From IMG/VR virus record IMGVR_UViG_3300024999_000034, positions 32,001 through 96,000 of that record: a stretch of 64,000 nt of DNA; one strand, 5' to 3'. Shown piece by piece: positions 1 to 10,942 of this stretch. The translations under genes were made by a program, and so were the position numbers. Numbering within the stretch: the first letter of the stretch is position 1; each line of letters begins with the position of its first letter. The DNA comes from a virus. The notes below the pieces were generated by a model that worked only from the letters and a program-made list of their open reading frames with translations, was not told where the DNA came from and made no database searches.

Positions 1-1021
1 AAGCAATTTCTGGTACATCTGAATTATAACCATTATTAGGAATGTAAAACTTAATTGTAATTCCATTAAAAATTCTATCGTAGATAAGTCTAGGTATTTC
101 TGTTTCATACCTAATCAGATACCCGTTGTACTTTAAATTCAGCAGTTTAAGTCTTTTATCAATCTTATCTTTTATAAAAGCTACATAGTTACCTAAAATA
201 CTATTACCGCATCTTGCCCTAGATAATATAGATATAGCTATTTTTCTACCCTCTTCAGATGTTATTGATCTAATAAAATTGCCAATTTCACTATAATCTT
301 TATTCTCATATTTTATTTTCCTTATCTCTTCCCATAGATGATCTAAATTTTCCATCTCAACTTTTCTTGATTCTAAATAATTTTTATCATGTTTTGTTAA
401 TTTATATTCTCCTATAGTTTTATAATAAAAATTATCTTCATCATTTAAATTAAAACATTTACCTTCATAATATAAAGCTTTAAAAGTAGGGACTGAATCT
501 GAAAATACACTTAGTATGGAGTTCATATCTGCTTCAATAATAATATTATTTAATTCTTTCCAAATATCAATATAATCCTTAACTTTTTTCTTATTGCTAT
601 AATTATATTCAAAATGAATTGTATTACCGCAAGATGTTAAAACGGTTGCATCTGGAGTATATCGTCTACCATTTATTATCATAGTTTTTTCAAAGAATAT
701 TTGATTACAAATATATTCATTTTCCTTATCTGTAATTACTTTAAAACAATCACCGATTTTAATAAATTCTGTTTTCATCCAAAAGTGAGTAAAAGACTCT
801 GTGCCACATTTATCGGCATTTAAATGTTTAAAATGAGGAGTTACTTTTGCATTTTCTCCACCAATAATTTTACCTTTTACTGCTACAGGAATTACGTCTG
901 AACCACATACAATACATTCATATTTCTCGTATCTATTTTCTTCATCAATTTGACTTATGTTTATTTTACTACCATCACTTCTTTTTCTAACAACAACCAT
1001 TTGGATATTTTCAAAGTTCAT
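1..1021 (-). CDS. CoiA-like Zn-finger / PD-(D/E)XK nuclease (3' end off window)
   Basis: Manual translation from ATG 1021 with AGGAGG-like RBS: MNFENIQ...YECIVCGSDV...PHFKH...C..ESFTH...YTPDATV...IHFEYNYSNKK; open to window edge. Confidence 0.6.
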   Translation of the reverse strand, partial: MNFENIQMVVVRKRSDGSKINISQIDEENRYEKYECIVCGSDVIPVAVKGKIIGGENAKVTPHFKHLNADKCGTESFTHFWMKTEFIKIGDCFKVITDKENEYICNQIFFEKTMIINGRRYTPDATVLTSCGNTIHFEYNYSNKKKVKDYIDIWKELNNIIIEADMNSILSVFSDSVPTFKALYYEGKCFNLNDEDNFYYKTIGEYKLTKHDKNYLESRKVEMENLDHLWEEIRKIKYENKDYSEIGNFIRSITSEEGRKIAISILSRARCGNSILGNYVAFIKDKIDKRLKLLNLKYNGYLIRYETEIPRLIYDRIFNGITIKFYIPNNGYNSDVPEIA

Positions 1022-1113
1022 TAATTAAATTCCTCCATCTTTCATTTTTTTGTTTTATATAATAGGGGATAGGAGAGACATTAAATCTCTCCTTGCATCT
1101 CCCAAAAACACCC

Positions 1114-1554
1114 CTAATCCAACTGTCTCAATCTATAACCACCATAACTCTTACCATCTCTTAAACACATTAACGCATCCATAGTTCCTTCAAATATCTC
1201 TCTAATTCTTAATAAACTACCTTTCTGTATAGCAAATATTTCATACTCAATACTACCAAATAATGCATTATACATTTTCAATAAATCATCATCTTTCATC
1301 TGCCAAGCAGTCACACCATTTGATTTATAATTATGAGGATTTACCATAATACAATCATAAATATTATCTAATTTCTCAATATAAACAGTAACTTCATCTT
1401 CTTTAAACTGAATTGCCAACATATCATTATCATTTAAGTGTTTTATTACATCTGAGTAATTGTTTTTAACAAAGTTAAGGTTTAATCTTGGTCTTTTAAA
1501 GTTCATGTTATTGTTGATGTTTTTACTTTTACTGTTGTTATGTTTGTTTTTCAT
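1114..1554 (-). CDS. hypothetical protein
   Basis: 146 aa ORF, AGGAG RBS, co-oriented. Confidence 0.7.
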   Translation of the reverse strand: MKNKHNNSKSKNINNNMNFKRPRLNLNFVKNNYSDVIKHLNDNDMLAIQFKEDEVTVYIEKLDNIYDCIMVNPHNYKSNGVTAWQMKDDDLLKMYNALFGSIEYEIFAIQKGSLLRIREIFEGTMDALMCLRDGKSYGGYRLRQLD

Positions 1555-1927
1555 TTTATTCTCCTTCTTGCTATTGGTTGCAAACCTTAATTATTACCTC
1601 ACTCATGCTTCCATATGCTCACTTATACTACGTTTTTCAAACTATAAAATCCCTTAAAACTCACCATTGATACTAATTAGAAACCGCCAATATAAACATA
1701 ATAAATATAAGAATTATTACACTTGCAATGATACTTTCACTAGCTGATAAAGGAGTATTATTTACTTTACTTACATTATTATATGTATTATAAGCATTAG
1801 TTTTCTTCTTCTATCTATAATAATCATTTACAGAATGACTTACTGCTTTAGCAATTACTCTATTCATAGAACCATAATTTCTTGGACGCATCATCATGTT
1901 AATACACTCTCCTCTATTTTTCTTTTT

Positions 1928-2137
1928 CTAATTTATATCTTTGCATTCCACAACATCAATATTATAATATTTTGCACAATCTCCACAATAATAATTATTA
2001 TCTATTTTCCCTACAAAAATGTCATCAGTTCTAATTAATTCTTCACCACAACAATTACATGTTTCAGAAATATACTGATCTAATTCTGACTCACTGTCAT
2101 CTACCTCCTTATGAGATACTATTTTTTGTGTCTTCAT
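1928..2137 (-). CDS. small Cys-rich hypothetical protein
   Basis: CNCCG...YYCGDC. Confidence 0.6.
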   Translation of the reverse strand: MKTQKIVSHKEVDDSESELDQYISETCNCCGEELIRTDDIFVGKIDNNYYCGDCAKYYNIDVVECKDIN

Positions 2138-2555
2138 GTTTTGTCATTTCCTCCGTTGTATCTAAAAACTCACCAATAGAATCAGTCAGATCAACCAATA
2201 TCATCTCAACATTAGTATCTAATAACTCAAATAATGTTTTTTCAATTGTAAAATTTCCAACAAAATATGATTCAACTTTTGTATTATAAGATTCTCGCCC
2301 AATAATTAATTTACCAAAACCTTTATATTCTTTTCCAGTAATATATTCTACTAATCTTACTTCAATTAATTTATCAATTGTATTTTGAGAAGCGAAAATT
2401 GTGTCTAGGATTTGAGTTATTGATTTGGTTGAATTATCTATTAGTGATGTGATTATGTAATTTGGTTTGTTTGGTTTGTTTGATTTATTTGATTTATTTG
2501 ATATGAATGGGATTTCTGATATGGATACTGTGCCGGAGAGTGTTAATTTTTGCAT
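2109..2555 (-). CDS. hypothetical protein
   Basis: 148 aa ORF, AAGGA RBS. Confidence 0.6.
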   Translation of the reverse strand: MQKLTLSGTVSISEIPFISNKSNKSNKPNKPNYIITSLIDNSTKSITQILDTIFASQNTIDKLIEVRLVEYITGKEYKGFGKLIIGRESYNTKVESYFVGNFTIEKTLFELLDTNVEMILVDLTDSIGEFLDTTEEMTKHEDTKNSIS

Positions 2556-2822
2556 TTGTTTTTCCTTCTTTCTGCTATTGAATTTATTTTTGTATTTATT
2601 AAACTTTTACTAGATACATGTCTCTTGATTATATAATTATCCTAATATTTTCCAGCCCTAGAAACCGCCTGTAGCAATGGTTTAAAATTCTCATTTTTGG
2701 AGAATTAAAATATTTGAACCTAGAATCAATCAGATAATTTTTTGTGAATACTTGTTAGTTGTGACATATTGAACGTCTTATAATGAGTTTTAAATGCATT
2801 ATTTGTATTTTTATTCATATTC

Positions 2823-3185
2823 TTAAATATTATTTTTATCTTCTTTTAATTTTGCTTTTAATTTATCTGCTTTAAGTTTCTCTTTGTATATTTTCAATTG
2901 TTCATTTTTCCCTTTAATTTGGAATTTTAACACAGAATGAATTTTATCTATGTCTTTTTCGTCCACAAGATAGACTTTTTCTTCACAATCAATATGTAAA
3001 GTATATTTAACTCCTAATTCATCAAACTGTGGCAAAACTATATTTGTTGTGCTCTGTCCTTTTGGAAAATATATAGCTAGTGTTCCTTTATCATTATAGC
3101 GATAGGTTTCAGTTTGTGATTTTCCAAGCAAATAATTGTCTGATTCATTTTTAGTTGGTTTATTTTTGATTAAATCATAAGGCAT
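2823..3185 (-). CDS. hypothetical protein
   Basis: 120 aa ORF. Confidence 0.6.
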   Translation of the reverse strand: MPYDLIKNKPTKNESDNYLLGKSQTETYRYNDKGTLAIYFPKGQSTTNIVLPQFDELGVKYTLHIDCEEKVYLVDEKDIDKIHSVLKFQIKGKNEQLKIYKEKLKADKLKAKLKEDKNNI

Positions 3186-3277
3186 ATGTATTGTATAGAT
3201 ACCGATATATTTTAGAATTATTTTTCACCTCCTTTCATAAATAAATATTTATTTTACTATTAACAAAAATAAACAAC

Positions 3278-3484
3278 TCAATATGTATTGTAACTATGAA
3301 TCAACTTCTTATTATTACATTCTTCACAAACTAAATGTACCCAATGCTCTGCAAAACTATCGTCTCCATAATAATTAAATTTTTCAATATGTTTAATTGA
3401 AGTAGAATTGCTGTGACAATTTTTGCATTCAATATGAAAACCAATTTCCATTTGTTTCTTTTCACCACCTCTCCTTGTATTCAT
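3278..3484 (-). CDS. small Zn-finger protein (start probably 3451)
   Basis: CKNC...CEEC; AGGTGG before internal ATG. Confidence 0.6.
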   Translation of the reverse strand: MNTRRGGEKKQMEIGFHIECKNCHSNSTSIKHIEKFNYYGDDSFAEHWVHLVCEECNNKKLIHSYNTY

Positions 3485-3558
3485 TATACCATATTACTTA
3501 TTGAATTGTCAAATATTTATTTTACTATTTACATTCACATAAAATTCATCCTAATCAT

Positions 3559-3795
3559 TTACTTCATTATATTAATCAATCTTCTCATATGTTCAATTGT
3601 ATCAAATAAATCCTTTAACATATCTATTCCATCTGCTCTATTAATAGCACCATATCTTTTACATAAATTTGCAAACTCACAATATTCTAGACTATCTTGT
3701 TTGCATTCCATGCATTTATTAGGATTTTCTTCATCTTCTGTGGCAGTAAATATTAGGGTTTTAAGTTTTGTTATTTCAGTTTGATTTAAGTACAT
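3559..3795 (-). CDS. hypothetical protein
   Basis: AGGAGGTG RBS, 78 aa. Confidence 0.7.
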   Translation of the reverse strand: MYLNQTEITKLKTLIFTATEDEENPNKCMECKQDSLEYCEFANLCKRYGAINRADGIDMLKDLFDTIEHMRRLINIMK

Positions 3796-3811
3796 TTTGT
3801 TTCACCTCCTT

Positions 3812-4171
3812 TTATCTTATTAAACTTACAAGTTTACTAAACACCAATCTTTTTATTTCTTTCCATAATTCATCACATAACTCAAAATCAGAATACTCGT
3901 ATTCTCTAAAAATATGTTCTCTAAATCCATCAATAATAACCGCTAGTGCAATAGTATTATGTTTTTCTAACGATTCAATCATAGTACCTATGGTAATCTG
4001 ACTTACAATTTCTTCAATAGCGTCATTTACATCTCTTGCTGATTGGTCAAACATCAACATACCTTTTATTTGTGCTACAAAATCAATTCTAAATAATTTT
4101 CCTAATTCACAAATAGGTAATGGTTCTAATCCAATTTCTTGTAATTGTCTTACAGTAATATGTTGTTTCAT
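3812..4171 (-). CDS. hypothetical protein
   Basis: GGAGG RBS, 119 aa. Confidence 0.7.
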   Translation of the reverse strand: MKQHITVRQLQEIGLEPLPICELGKLFRIDFVAQIKGMLMFDQSARDVNDAIEEIVSQITIGTMIESLEKHNTIALAVIIDGFREHIFREYEYSDFELCDELWKEIKRLVFSKLVSLIR

Positions 4172-4174
4172 TAT

Positions 4175-4507
4175 TTAATCCTCCCTCCCTAATCTACTAA
4201 CTCTATCAATCATTTGGTAAACAAACTCTTTCTTGCCCATATATCCATATTGCTCAATTGTTTTCTTTACTCCATCAAAATTATCTTGCTCAACATCAAA
4301 AACTATATTAAGAAGAATATTTAATAAATCAAGTACACTTTGTCTATCTCCTACGTCTAGATTATTGCCATAGTTTTTAATAGTATTTTTACATAATGTT
4401 ATTAATTTTAAAGCATCATCGCTTACTAAAAATCCTGCTTTTGTGACATTTACTTCAATATTATCTAATGATTGTAGTGCGTGTTTAATGTAATTGTTTT
4501 TATCCAT
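4175..4507 (-). CDS. hypothetical protein
   Basis: AGGAG RBS, 110 aa. Confidence 0.7.
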   Translation of the reverse strand: MDKNNYIKHALQSLDNIEVNVTKAGFLVSDDALKLITLCKNTIKNYGNNLDVGDRQSVLDLLNILLNIVFDVEQDNFDGVKKTIEQYGYMGKKEFVYQMIDRVSRLGRED

Positions 4508-4511
4508 GTTA

Positions 4512-4760
4512 CTATCTCTCCTTATTAATTAATGGTATAGCTAAATTTAGTTCAATGATAAGAACCCCTCTACGGATGGAAATTATATTGGCATCTTCTA
4601 AAATATCTAGTATATTTCTATCTAAATCATAAAAATTTCTAACTTCATACCATTCTGGATCGCTTCTTTCGAGTAAGGTTCTTATTACATTTAACTCTTT
4701 TTCATTAAATTCGATAGTATGTATTGTTTTGCCATATTCTGTTATATATGTATCTTTCAT
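4512..4760 (-). CDS. hypothetical protein
   Basis: AGGAG RBS, 82 aa. Confidence 0.7.
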   Translation of the reverse strand: MKDTYITEYGKTIHTIEFNEKELNVIRTLLERSDPEWYEVRNFYDLDRNILDILEDANIISIRRGVLIIELNLAIPLINKER

Positions 4761-4794
4761 AATATTCTCTCCTTATCCTAATAAATTTATTTCA

Positions 4795-5028
4795 TTACAT
4801 CCAAAAGAAATTATCTTTATACCATTCACCTATATAATTTAATCTATTTGCTATACAAGTTGGGCAAAGCAATCCTGCATCCTCATGTAAAGTAGGATTA
4901 ATTAATCCCCATAAATGATTTGGTATTATTAAATCTGGAAACTCACCATATTTCATTCTACAATCATAGCAACATCCTTGTGGTCTTTCGTTGTCATTGT
5001 ATTTCCATTTGTGTTTGTAATTGTTCAA
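4795..5028 (-). CDS. small Zn-binding protein
   Basis: CYDC...LCPTC; GGAGGTG RBS. Confidence 0.65.
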   Translation of the reverse strand: MNNYKHKWKYNDNERPQGCCYDCRMKYGEFPDLIIPNHLWGLINPTLHEDAGLLCPTCIANRLNYIGEWYKDNFFWM

Positions 5029-5108
5029 TTTTATTTATTTCACCTCCCTTTTACATCGTACAATTGTATAAATCCTTCATCTTATTTTTATATTAGTATT
5101 TATAATTG

Positions 5109-5363
5109 TTATTTACTTTCTTTATATTTATTGCAATCTTTAATAATTTGAATATTAATTTGCTTAATATTTTTACAATAGTTTTTAGGCCGTAATATAA
5201 ATTGCTGAATGTGTTCCAATACAAAGTAATGTCCTTTTTGATACCATTTACCAAGACCTATAAATTTTAAAGGATAGTAAGGTAAATAAGTTATAAAATA
5301 CAATATATAAGCAGGAACAACAACTAAAATTATGTACCACGTAGGGAATGGATTAAAAAACAT
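5109..5363 (-). CDS. small membrane protein
   Basis: AGGAGG then ATG 5363 (MFFNPFPTW...), one hydrophobic helix. Confidence 0.6.
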   Translation of the reverse strand: MFFNPFPTWYIILVVVPAYILYFITYLPYYPLKFIGLGKWYQKGHYFVLEHIQQFILRPKNYCKNIKQINIQIIKDCNKYKESK

Positions 5364-5515
5364 GTATTTTACCTCCTTTGTGTTTATTTTATTGTTGGAT
5401 TTTGAGGAAGGGATAGGTATATTTGAGTAAGATGTTTTGATGTGTAAAATATACCCTCGTACCTCTTGTATATATTGTAACATTTTTTGGTGTGGAAGTC
5501 AAGGATATTTATTTA

Positions 5516-6910
5516 TTAATTTATACGTGGTTGAGAAGACATTGCTTCATAATCTTCTTTATACATCCATTTGAAACCTCCTGCCGTTTTATCATTATTA
5601 TGTTTCCAACAACAATAACTAATATTATTAATATCTAATTCTCTTTCCGTTTGTGCAATACCATCCCATTCTTTTATAAACTCATTGTCTTTAGATAATT
5701 GAATTATCTTTCTTCTGTTTTTATTGTAATCACAAAGTCCTAATTCTACACCTTTATTAAGATATGAAACAACTGTAGTATTAGCCAATTCCATTATTTT
5801 TGCTATCTTTGGACTACTTTTTATACCGCTATTCCAATGATCACAAGCTGTTTTAATTAATACTTTATTAACATACTCCTCACATTTACCCCAATCTATA
5901 ATAGATAAGTCAAATAAATCATTTAATTTACTTTGCATAATATTGTCCTTTATAAAATCCATATTACTTTTCAGACAATCAATTCTTATTACTTCTATGC
6001 CTTTCTCATTTGAAAAAGCATCTCTTATTTCATCATATTCTTTAGTTTCTTGTGCTGATTGTTTAGTTAATGTATTAGTATTCCCATGTCCAAGACGACC
6101 ATCCATTTCTAAATCATATTTTACATTGTTAAATTCAAAATAAAAATCAAATCTATAATCATGAAAATTGTATTCAGGTATAAAATCAACCCCTAACTGC
6201 TCTAATAAACTAAATCCAACCTTGTTGCCAAAAGATATCTTATCTCCGCATCTTGGACAACTAAATCCAAAAACAATTAAATTATGAGGAACATAAGACT
6301 TTTCATATCCACAATCTGGGCAAACATATATTTTATACTTATCACTTCCTTGAGTCATTTCATAACCTTCTTGTGGATTTTTAAGTAGTTTTGCTATATT
6401 GGGATGGGTTGCCCATAAGTCGTTATATCCAATTAAAATCTTTTTTGAAGGAACACAGCATACATTACAACCCTTACCATTATTTAAATCATTTTCACGT
6501 AGTTTGTCTTCGTTTCCACATTTTAAACATTTATATGTATAACCTTTTACATTATTTGTCGTATTAGATATTTTAATATGTTCTAATATCTGTATATCAC
6601 TAAATTTTAGATTAATTATATCACCAATATTATGTCTATAATCTGTTACAACCTTACTTAGCAAATTTCCTATTGCACATGTTGAAAACGCATATGCATT
6701 TATATGTACAATTCTATCATTGTATTTAACCTCTAAATAATTCTGACCTGATTTTTTATATTGATTAATTATTTCTGCCTCTCCCTCAATATCATCATAT
6801 ATAAACTTAACACTATATCCAATACTTTTATTCCAATCTATACATTCTTTATTTATGTTAGCACCAAAACCCATTTTCTTTGGCAATTCTTCTAAAAATA
6901 CTTTTTTCAT
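5516..6910 (-). CDS. Zn-ribbon + PD-(D/E)XK-like + NUMOD1 putative free-standing homing endonuclease
   Basis: Repeated CxxC pairs, YRFDFYF...LEMDGRLGH nuclease motif, C-terminal IIQLSKDNEFIKEWDG...TAGGFKW. Confidence 0.65.
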   Translation of the reverse strand: MKKVFLEELPKKMGFGANINKECIDWNKSIGYSVKFIYDDIEGEAEIINQYKKSGQNYLEVKYNDRIVHINAYAFSTCAIGNLLSKVVTDYRHNIGDIINLKFSDIQILEHIKISNTTNNVKGYTYKCLKCGNEDKLRENDLNNGKGCNVCCVPSKKILIGYNDLWATHPNIAKLLKNPQEGYEMTQGSDKYKIYVCPDCGYEKSYVPHNLIVFGFSCPRCGDKISFGNKVGFSLLEQLGVDFIPEYNFHDYRFDFYFEFNNVKYDLEMDGRLGHGNTNTLTKQSAQETKEYDEIRDAFSNEKGIEVIRIDCLKSNMDFIKDNIMQSKLNDLFDLSIIDWGKCEEYVNKVLIKTACDHWNSGIKSSPKIAKIMELANTTVVSYLNKGVELGLCDYNKNRRKIIQLSKDNEFIKEWDGIAQTERELDINNISYCCWKHNNDKTAGGFKWMYKEDYEAMSSQPRIN

Positions 6911-6915
6911 TAATT

Positions 6916-8751
6916 CTATTCCTCCTCTTTATTATTTAAATCAATATCATTTATTACATTATGTAATTCGTGTCCTATGTCTTTATATCTCATTAGCAAA
7001 TATCTTTTAATACTATCGCTGAGTTCTATTTGGTCCTTACAACGACTTATTGCAACATATATGATAAAAATTTCCTCTGATATATCTTTTTTAGCTTTCT
7101 TTTTATCATTATCATTAAAATCCTCTTCTTTTTTAAGATATTTATTTCTATAAGTAACTTCTAAATCTAGATGATCATTACTAATATAAACAGGAATGTC
7201 TATAGTAAGACCTTTCGCCTTGTGACATGTCGAAAATATAATATCCGCTTTACTCTTATCTGTTACAGTATTATTTTTTATTCCATCTACAATATCAATA
7301 ATTCTACTTCCATATTTATCTACCATTCTTATTAAAGATAATATCTCGATATCCTCAATTTCCTCTGAATATTTTTTCATGGCCTCAAAATTATCAAATT
7401 TAGCAAATAATTTATTTTTGGTAGGATGCCCTTGACTAAAATAGTAACATTGTTTCAATGACTCGAAGGAATAAGATGAAAAACCTCCAACAAAGAAAAG
7501 TTTCTTATTTTTATCTTCATATAAAGCATCAGCTATTTCTGCAAATATGTATGCATTGGTTCTACACAAACAAGCATATGGTTTAGATTTATCTATATGA
7601 TCCACAATTGTTTGTTTAGTATTAAATCCTTTCATCTTAATATCATCACCAATGAAGTCTGAGATGATAAGATTTTCTATATGAGCAATGTTGTTAGATA
7701 CTCTAAATGATGTTGTGAGTTTGTATTCTTTTGCATCAAACATAGGCATGATATTCACAGCATTTTTCCAACCATAAATTTTTTGATAAGGGTCTCCAAC
7801 CACACAGATGCCCTTTACATTAGAATTTTTAAGTATATCAAACATCATAATTGACGAATCTTGACACTCATCAAGAAGAATAATGTCGTATTTACTCGAT
7901 AAATCAGTTTTACTAAGATGGAACATCTTCAAATAATCATCGTGTGAAATTTTGATACTGTTTTTATATTTCTTTTTTAATTCCCATAATCTAGTACAAC
8001 AAGATAATATCCTATCTCTCATCTTATCTTCTTTAAATATCTCTAATTCTTCAAATTCTTGAGCAGACGATAAAACATAGGCAGTCATCATAGCATTAAT
8101 TTTAACTGCTAATTCCATTTCCCTATCCCAATTTAGATTTAAATCTTTTATAATATCAACTACTCCATAATTAAAGGTTAATTTATCTTTATAGAATTTT
8201 CCACAGTAAAAATAAGCTAGTGAATGTATTGTACGAATTTCTGTTCCTTTCTGTGATTTAAATAATTCTTGACTCTCTATTTGCATAGATTTATTATACA
8301 CTAAATATAATATCTTTTTAAATGGTCTACTTTTGGCATAGTAATACAAAGTCGTTGATTTACTTGAACCCGTTAACGCACTAACCTTAACCCTATCCTC
8401 TGTACTAAAGATAATATCCTTCTGTTCCTTCGTCAACCAATATCCATCTTCTGACATATAATCAGACATTTCTACTTCTACATCATCAAATTGTTTATTA
8501 TAAAATTCTGTAGATAATACATTTGATTCTGATTGTTGGAATATTGTTTTATCTTCTTTTATTATGAGTTTCATTTTTGCTTCGCAATTACTTACATTGG
8601 ATTCAGTATCTTTAGCATGAGAGTAAAATTGTTTTTGCGCACCAAAGTTTCTAATTAAAATTTCATGGCAAACAGGACATGTATAAATATTATTAGATGT
8701 TGACTCTATGATATCTACAAGTTTATTATTTTGGTCATACGCTTTTTTCAT
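6916..8751 (-). CDS. SF1 UvrD-like helicase with N-terminal CoiA-type Zn finger
   Basis: ALTGSSKST (Walker A variant), ILLDECQD, VGDPYQKIYGW, LTTSFR, STCHKAKGL, YVAISR; N-terminal YTCPVC...FYSH. Confidence 0.85.
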   Translation of the reverse strand: MKKAYDQNNKLVDIIESTSNNIYTCPVCHEILIRNFGAQKQFYSHAKDTESNVSNCEAKMKLIIKEDKTIFQQSESNVLSTEFYNKQFDDVEVEMSDYMSEDGYWLTKEQKDIIFSTEDRVKVSALTGSSKSTTLYYYAKSRPFKKILYLVYNKSMQIESQELFKSQKGTEIRTIHSLAYFYCGKFYKDKLTFNYGVVDIIKDLNLNWDREMELAVKINAMMTAYVLSSAQEFEELEIFKEDKMRDRILSCCTRLWELKKKYKNSIKISHDDYLKMFHLSKTDLSSKYDIILLDECQDSSIMMFDILKNSNVKGICVVGDPYQKIYGWKNAVNIMPMFDAKEYKLTTSFRVSNNIAHIENLIISDFIGDDIKMKGFNTKQTIVDHIDKSKPYACLCRTNAYIFAEIADALYEDKNKKLFFVGGFSSYSFESLKQCYYFSQGHPTKNKLFAKFDNFEAMKKYSEEIEDIEILSLIRMVDKYGSRIIDIVDGIKNNTVTDKSKADIIFSTCHKAKGLTIDIPVYISNDHLDLEVTYRNKYLKKEEDFNDNDKKKAKKDISEEIFIIYVAISRCKDQIELSDSIKRYLLMRYKDIGHELHNVINDIDLNNKEEE

Positions 8752-9153
8752 TTATTTTATTTCTCCTTCAAATTCATTTTCCATATTATTTATCATAATT
8801 ATATTCATTGGTTTATCAATCTCATATACATTACACTTAAACAATTCCTTAATGTTTTTATTAAACATATTTTTAAAATCCGCACCACTCTTTTCACAAT
8901 GTAACTCTGTAATCTCATCAGTAGTAAGAACACTCTTATGTATCATAGTAAGTCCTTTATTTGCATTACTCTTATCTTTAGCAACCATTGATACACTATA
9001 GCAATCATCAAATCTCCAAGACTTAGGTTTAAGTATCATTGCAAACATTCCATCTTTTGTTTCTACAGCCAAAGTAATATCTTCGTCAGATTTCATAATT
9101 TTAACAAATTTTGATACGGTTTTTATTTCATTAAATTTATTATAATATAGCAT
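8752..9153 (-). CDS. hypothetical protein
   Basis: 133 aa, translationally coupled to neighbours. Confidence 0.7.
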   Translation of the reverse strand: MLYYNKFNEIKTVSKFVKIMKSDEDITLAVETKDGMFAMILKPKSWRFDDCYSVSMVAKDKSNANKGLTMIHKSVLTTDEITELHCEKSGADFKNMFNKNIKELFKCNVYEIDKPMNIIMINNMENEFEGEIK

Positions 9154-10496
9154 TATTCATCATCCTCTTCTCTTTTGTTTCTTTCATTCAATTCATCCTC
9201 AATCTGTTGTAAAACATCTATAGGTATTTGTGCATGATTTAAATCTTCTATTTCTTGAAATGCTTTTTGTTCTTCAATTGTGAGTGGCTGTTTATATTCT
9301 AATGCTTTCTTTTTCAGTAATAATGTTTCAAGTTCTTCTATGGTAAAATCATCAATGGATTTTTCGGCATTATTTATCTTTTGTTGAATACTTCTTCTCA
9401 TATTAGATATTGATTTATTAGTATGAATCAACCCCTTCTTGCTAACTTCTAATTTTAATTGTCTATTAAAATTGTCTTTTGCATAATATTTACCTATGTA
9501 TGTTGTGCAATATTTGTATTCAGTAGTTAGATAATCATTATTATAAACTATTAAATTAAGTTCATTTTGCAAAACATTATTGTATCCTTGGATAGTTCTT
9601 GAATCTGTAACCAAACCATTTAATTGATTCTGAGTTAAATAACCAAAGTTTTTACTATTACTTGATACTCTACAACAAGCAATAAAATATCTAATCAGAC
9701 TAAATTTGTTAGAATTATTATGCTGTAAATATTTAAATATACAGTTTATATCTCTATCAAAAACTTTAAAATACGAAGATATAGGTATGGTTGAAAGTTC
9801 TACTAAGAATAAAGTGTTTTTATTTTTGATGATTGATTTAATAGTAAATTTTATATTATTTTTATCATAATTCTCATCACATAGGTTATATACTTTAGCA
9901 ATATAACCTTTATTTTCTAATCCAATTAAAGAGTTTTTAATCGTAGCAACTAAATTTCTATTATTAGAAACATCTACTCTCATATAATCACATATCATTT
10001 GGACTGAGCACAATGAACATGATGTACGCTCATTATAATTTCTCAATAATAAAATCAATATTGTAATTTCTTCATTAGTAATACTTGTGTCATCATAAAT
10101 ATCGTTCGGTAATTTAATGAAACTATTTACTAATAAAGGCAATTTATCTTGCTCTGCTTTAAGTATTTTATCTAGAGTCTTTTCTATATTATAACCAGTG
10201 TTTATAGAATCATAATGATTAATACACATATTCTCAATTTTTATCAATTCGGTAGATTCTCTAAGTCCTAATTCTACTTCCTCAGTAATATCTTCCAATA
10301 CTTCAAATGTGAAGCAATCCTCACCAAATCCGTTTCAATCTTCTTGTAATTTATAGTTGTAATGATTATTATTGTCGAGGTATCTTCTATGTGTTTTCCA
10401 ACGATTATTAACATCAATGCTTTTGCCGATATAAACTTTTCCATTCTTAGTATTAGTTATTTTATAAACACCAACTATTTTATTTAACTTAATCAT
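9153..10496 (-). pseudogene. GIY-YIG domain fused to putative wHTH initiator-like protein, in-frame TGA at 10335-10337
   Basis: From ATG 10496 (AAGGAG RBS): GVYKITNTKNGKVYIGKS...RW..H...LQED*NGFGEDCFTFEVLE, continuing in frame into the 381 aa ORF. Confidence 0.7.
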
Positions 10497-10598
10497 ATTT
10501 ACTTAACTCCTTCTTATTCTAAAAATTTATTTTTAACACCCTTTTACCTTTACATGCATTTCAGCCATTTTACCAATTTATAGATTTCTAATACATAG

Positions 10599-10875
10599 AC
10601 CCTAATGACCATTTTGGACGTTTTTATAGGCATACGATAGAACATAGTATCTACTAGGCTTACAAGGTTTTAAATGATATAATAATACCCTATAATCTCA
10701 TACATAGGTTTTCATGTATGCCTAAGAATTGAACCAAAGTGGTCATTAGGGTGGCGTTACGTATGCCTAAATTTTGAGCCTTTTTGTCATTTTTATAGGC
10801 ATCTAATTAGAGAGTTAATTCTACATTACTATTAGAGATATAATTCTACAAAATCATTAAAGATTAAATTCTACA
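10599..10875. repeat. iteron-like direct repeats and inverted repeats, candidate replication origin
   Basis: 13-bp IR ACCCTAATGACCA 10599-10611 / 10740-10752; TAGGCAT/ATGCCTA x4; three TTA.AGA...AATTCTACA units with 25-bp period (10807, 10832, 10857). Confidence 0.6.
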
Positions 10876-10942
10876 ATTTTTGGGCATATAAAATACATGC
10901 GTATTTTAATACCCTATTTAAAATTTTGTTTTCTTTTGTTTC

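Noticed and set aside
10335-10337. Alternative genetic code (TGA=Trp)
   Set aside because: Other genes end cleanly at TGA (e.g. 36111), Trp is encoded by TGG throughout, and only one such case was seen.
10807-10875. CRISPR array (AATTCTAC resembles the Cas12a repeat end)
   Set aside because: The 25-bp period leaves only about 6-nt spacers and there are no cas genes; better explained as iterons.
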